From Gemmatimonadota bacterium (GTDB lineage: Bacteria > Gemmatimonadota > Gemmatimonadetes > Longimicrobiales > Gaopeijiaceae), in assembly GCA_039589315.1 (NCBI GenBank), contig JBDHHQ010000043.1, positions 1 to 64,000 of the forward strand: 64,000 nt of DNA, written 5' to 3'. The notes under the pieces are model-generated. The model was given only the letters and a program-made list of their open reading frames with translations. It did not search any database and was not told where the DNA came from. Shown piece by piece: positions 60,480 to 64,000 of this stretch. The translations under genes were made by a program, and so were the position numbers. The stretch's first letter is position 1. The number at the start of each line of letters is the position of its first letter.

Positions 60480-61796
60480 TTACGACCTGGTGCCGGCCAC
60501 GGCGCGGGCCGCCCAGGGTACGAGGAACACCACGGCCGCCACCCGACCGACGAGAAAGCCCACCGCCGCCGCGGTGACGCCGACTGCGCCGAAGCCGAAC
60601 GCCATGACCGGGAAGACGGCAAGGATGGTGATCACCTCCAACGCGGTGGCCATCGTGATGAAACGCGTGTCGTGAGCGGTGACCAGAACACCGCGGAAGA
60701 GCGACAGGAGCGTGGCCAAGACGGGGAGTGGCACGAGGATCACGATGGGCAGAATGGCGAAGCGGGCCAGCTCGGGGGTCAACCCCGAGATCACCTCGAA
60801 CCAGACTGCCGACAGAGGCGTGAGGCCCACGAGGGCCAAGCCACCTGAGGCGGCCAGGCCCATCCAGAGGGCGAACTTCCGAAGCGCAGCCAGATTCTCG
60901 TAGCGGTCGCCCATCAGGGCGATGGTCACCTCCTGGTAGGCCAAGCTGCCTGCCCGGAACAGGAACGCCAGGGCGTTCACCACCGGCATCACGGCCAGGG
61001 ACTCCACCGGCGACGGCGCCCGCCCCATGAAGAACGTGACCATCGGGTGGACCGAGAGGCCGATGAGCGACGTCAGCGCCAGCGGGTAGTAGAAGCGAGC
61101 GATGGACCGGTAGCCCATGGAGGGCCGGTGAGCGGGCGGAGCCATCGAGACCACGCGCCGCACCGAGGAGCGGGCCATCCACCGACTCACCAGCGCCTCG
61201 ACGCTGACGCCCGCCGCCAACGCCGCCGCTGCCAGGTGTGCCCCCTCCGGGACGACCCACACGTACAGCACGATCGCGGTGGCGGACATGGCCACCACCC
61301 GCACCGCGGTTCCCAGGGCCACCAGGCGCGTCTTCCCATCCCGGATAAGCAGGCCCTGGTAGAAGCGCCGATAGCCGATGGCGCCGGGCCAAGGCAGCAT
61401 GATCCACAGCGCCGGATACGTGAGGCGCACGATCTCCTCTGGCAACGCCAGAAGCCGCACCATGAACAGCTGGTAGACTGGCGGGATCAGGAACAGCACC
61501 AGGACAGCCGTCGACCCCAGGCTGAGCGAATGGGCGAATCGGCGCAGCCGGCGAAAGCTCTCGGCGTCCCTGGCCAGCGCCGTCGAGGCAGTCATGAGCA
61601 TGATGACGGGCGACTCGATGAGGACCGCCAGCGCGAACGTGACGCCGTAGGCGCCCAGGTTGAACTCGGGATTCGCCAGCCGTGCCACGAGGGCGGAAAG
61701 GAACGGCCCCTCGAGGGCCATCATCCACCACGTGGACGCCAACGGCAGCCAGAAGCGAAGGATGGAGCGTTGGTTGACCCCCGACGATCCACTCAA
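60480..61796 (-). CDS. MATE/MOP-superfamily transporter, ANKH-like
   Basis: About 12 TM segments with two-fold internal repeat (RFWLPLA / RFYYPLA; RRFYQGLL / LFRGVL); TTG overlaps the cyclase stop. Confidence 0.75.
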   Translation of the reverse strand: MSGSSGVNQRSILRFWLPLASTWWMMALEGPFLSALVARLANPEFNLGAYGVTFALAVLIESPVIMLMTASTALARDAESFRRLRRFAHSLSLGSTAVLVLFLIPPVYQLFMVRLLALPEEIVRLTYPALWIMLPWPGAIGYRRFYQGLLIRDGKTRLVALGTAVRVVAMSATAIVLYVWVVPEGAHLAAAALAAGVSVEALVSRWMARSSVRRVVSMAPPAHRPSMGYRSIARFYYPLALTSLIGLSVHPMVTFFMGRAPSPVESLAVMPVVNALAFLFRAGSLAYQEVTIALMGDRYENLAALRKFALWMGLAASGGLALVGLTPLSAVWFEVISGLTPELARFAILPIVILVPLPVLATLLSLFRGVLVTAHDTRFITMATALEVITILAVFPVMAFGFGAVGVTAAAVGFLVGRVAAVVFLVPWAARAVAGTRS

Positions 61797-62950
61797 TGGG
61801 CCGCCCGGTCCCGATCACCCGCCGCCAACGGCGGCTCGTCGACGGTGAAGAGCGTCACGGGCACGGCCTTGCCCCGGAGCTCGATCTCCTCGACGGGCAC
61901 GGCCGACACCTCCCGGTCGAGGTGGTCCAGGGCGTCCCCGGAAACGAGGAGATCCACGCCGAGGACGTTGCACCGCTCCTGGATGCGTGCGGTCGTATTC
62001 AGCACGTCGCCGCTGAAGACGATCTCTTTCTTGACGACGCCGATCTCGCCGACGGTGACCGGCCCGAAGTGTACGCTCGCCTTGAAGTCGGGCACGAGGC
62101 CGAACCGATGCCGGTAGGCGTCCGCACGTGCCGCGAAGGCGTCCCGAATGGCGAAGAAGCACGCCACACAGTTGGCGTCGTGCGCGCCATCCTCGGCCTT
62201 CCACGAGACCACGATCTCGTCGCCCACGTACTCGTGGATCTGTCCCTCCCTGGCAAGGATGGGATCGGTCGCGTCCGCGATGAATCGACCCAGGAAGTCG
62301 AAGTACTCGATGTGCCCGAGCCGCTCGGCGATCGTGGTGGAGCCTCTGAGGTCGAGAAACAGGAAGAAGCGCTGCTCCACCTTGGGCCGGTGATAGCGGC
62401 CGAGCAGGAAGTCCCGGAATACGCCCGGACCGTACTTGTCGTTGACCTCCAGGAGCACGGATGTGAAGCCGGCCGTCGCGGCCCAGAGCAGGAGAACGCG
62501 GACGAACGCCGGGCTGGCGAGGAAGTCGACGACGCTGAGGAACACCTCGGGGCGCCATAGAGCGACCGAATGCTCCCTCGCGTGAAAGACGGCCGACACG
62601 ACCGAGGCCACGACGATGATGCTGAGTATGTAGGTCGCCGTATGCAGCCCCAGAACGGCAGCCAGCGGGAGGTGGCGAATCCGGTCCTTGAGGAAGAAGA
62701 CGATGCCGCTCCCCCCGAGCAGCCCACCCAGGAGACCGCCCAGCATCGTCGTCTCGAACGTGATGCGCACCGTCTCGGGCGTGAGCGCGACCTGGGGCAG
62801 GCTGGCGACGAACAGGATGTCGACCACCCACATGAACAACGCGACGAGCAGCCAGAAGCCCGTGATCAGCAGGACCAGACGGACCTTGCGCTTCAGCGGG
62901 GAATGCACGGGAACCCTACGCAACGGCGCCGCCCGCTCAGAAGATCCCAA
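61793..62950 (-). CDS. Membrane-bound class III nucleotidyl cyclase
   Basis: Four TM segments, G.YH.P..E.R.FLFLDLRGST, YVGDE, H.G.V..G, GDVLNTTARI. Start TTG 62950 or GTG 62908. Confidence 0.9.
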   Translation of the reverse strand: MGSSERAAPLRRVPVHSPLKRKVRLVLLITGFWLLVALFMWVVDILFVASLPQVALTPETVRITFETTMLGGLLGGLLGGSGIVFFLKDRIRHLPLAAVLGLHTATYILSIIVVASVVSAVFHAREHSVALWRPEVFLSVVDFLASPAFVRVLLLWAATAGFTSVLLEVNDKYGPGVFRDFLLGRYHRPKVEQRFFLFLDLRGSTTIAERLGHIEYFDFLGRFIADATDPILAREGQIHEYVGDEIVVSWKAEDGAHDANCVACFFAIRDAFAARADAYRHRFGLVPDFKASVHFGPVTVGEIGVVKKEIVFSGDVLNTTARIQERCNVLGVDLLVSGDALDHLDREVSAVPVEEIELRGKAVPVTLFTVDEPPLAAGDRDRAAH

Positions 62951-63311
62951 TGCTCAACTCGACGGCCGGTCCCACGACGCCCACGGTCGTCTCCACGGCC
63001 CCGTCCCCCTCGCCTTCGGTCCGGCTGTACTTGAACTGCCGGTAGCCGGCGCTGATGACGAATCGCCGCGACAAAGCGAACAGGGCCTGGAAGCCGAGGT
63101 TCGTGATGGACGCGAGGTCGTTGAACGACTGGCGGAGCGCCGTGCCGCCGACGTCGGTGCTCTGAGCCGCGAGGAAGGCATACGGCGTGAGGACCAGTCC
63201 CCAGTCGTCCCTGTACGCTTCTGCCGTCGCGGAGTCGAACTCGAGAGGGTCCTGGGCAGCCACGGCCACAGGCCACAGGAAGACGAAGAGGAGGAAGCTA
63301 GGAGGACGCAT
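62937..63311 (-). CDS. Exported protein resembling a truncated outer-membrane beta-barrel
   Basis: Signal peptide, W..VLTPY.F N-terminal strand, SAGYR..., GP..., terminal Phe; only 124 aa. Confidence 0.55.
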   Translation of the reverse strand: MRPPSFLLFVFLWPVAVAAQDPLEFDSATAEAYRDDWGLVLTPYAFLAAQSTDVGGTALRQSFNDLASITNLGFQALFALSRRFVISAGYRQFKYSRTEGEGDGAVETTVGVVGPAVELSIGIF

Positions 63312-63555
63312 GGATTCCCTTGCCGGCGGCCGCAGCGAATGGGGCGGCCTGCCCGCCCCTTGGGCGTGGCCCACCATCGGTCCACAGGCATCACGGGTCA
63401 AGCCGACGGCTGGCAGGAACGTCGTGGAGGTTGCCCCACCGAGTCCCTGGCGCCCAGACCTCCACTGCAACCTCCACACCCTTCGACCCGTCTCACCGTG
63501 TGAGGCGGCGGGACCCCCTCGCCGCGCCGGAACGAGACGGCCGGGAGGCGCGACC

Positions 63556-64000
63556 ATGGCATCGGACTTCACCGCAGAGCTTCGTCACGCGGTACGCGCG
63601 CTGCTCCGGGCGCCAACCCTGACGCTGGCGGCCGTCGTCTGCCTGGGCCTGGGCATCGGCGCCACGACCGCCATCTACAGTGCCGTCCATACCGCGCTTC
63701 TTCGGTCCCTCCCGTTCGACGAGCCGGACCGGTTGGTGAGTGTATTCCGGACGACGCCCCACTTCAGCTCCGGTCCGTTCGCACCGGCCAACTTCATCGA
63801 TCTCCGCAGCGCGACCCGATCTCTCGAGGGTTTGGCGGCGATCGCCACGAACGTCGCGCTGCTCGAGGGCACGGACGAGTCACAGCGAGTGTCCGTCGGT
63901 CAGGCATCGGGGGATCTGTTTCCCGTGCTGCGGGTGCCCGCCCTTCGGGGACGCCTGCTGAGGCCCGAGGACGAGGGAGCCGAGGCGCCCCTGGTGGCGG
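63556..64000 (+). CDS. ADOP-type ABC permease, 3'-partial (not in ORF track)
   Basis: GGAGG then ATG; MASDFTAELRHAVRALLRAPTLTLAAVVCLGLGIGATTAIYSAV...LPFDEPDRLV; runs off the window. Confidence 0.9.
   Translation, partial: MASDFTAELRHAVRALLRAPTLTLAAVVCLGLGIGATTAIYSAVHTALLRSLPFDEPDRLVSVFRTTPHFSSGPFAPANFIDLRSATRSLEGLAAIATNVALLEGTDESQRVSVGQASGDLFPVLRVPALRGRLLRPEDEGAEAPLVA

Noticed and set aside
18480..62831. Many long antisense or alternative-frame ORFs (e.g. 18480..20105, 21444..23483, 47678..50182, 52667..54697)
   Set aside because: They are shadows of real genes, expected from GC-rich codon usage, and have no motifs.
61793..62950. Pycsar/CBASS-type defence system around the cyclase
   Set aside because: The cyclase has a common 4-TM architecture and no recognisable TIR, cNMP-binding or 2TM effector is adjacent.
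1..64000. CRISPR arrays, tRNA/rRNA, IS elements, prophage genes
   Set aside because: None was recognised by eye. A covariance-model scan would be needed to exclude small RNAs.

Overview
This is a high-GC bacterial chromosomal segment with about 40 densely packed protein-coding genes. I found no rRNA, tRNA, CRISPR array or mobile element. The gene repertoire includes orphan ADOP-type duplicated ABC permeases with a PadR regulator, S46/M16/M1 peptidases, four amidohydrolases, a VPS10/BNR propeller protein, and DUF4382 and TPR lipoproteins. This suggests a peptide-scavenging heterotroph, probably Gemmatimonadota or a similar lineage (inference). I see no single large novel operon. The most notable items are: (1) a 59-aa Pro/Arg-rich small ORF with a canonical RBS upstream of the S46 peptidase, missed by the ORF track; (2) a PQQ dehydrogenase lipoprotein with a lone CxxCH motif in an inserted loop; (3) a GHMP kinase resembling plant glucuronokinase; (4) a class III cyclase with atypical specificity residues, translationally coupled to an ANKH/MATE-like exporter; (5) a symmetric double operator upstream of padR; (6) a LexA-like direct repeat before a radical SAM repair operon; (7) recurring internal deletions and frameshifts in otherwise intact genes, which may be assembly artefacts or real decay. 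Family assignments come from motif recognition and recalled family consensus, not database searches.
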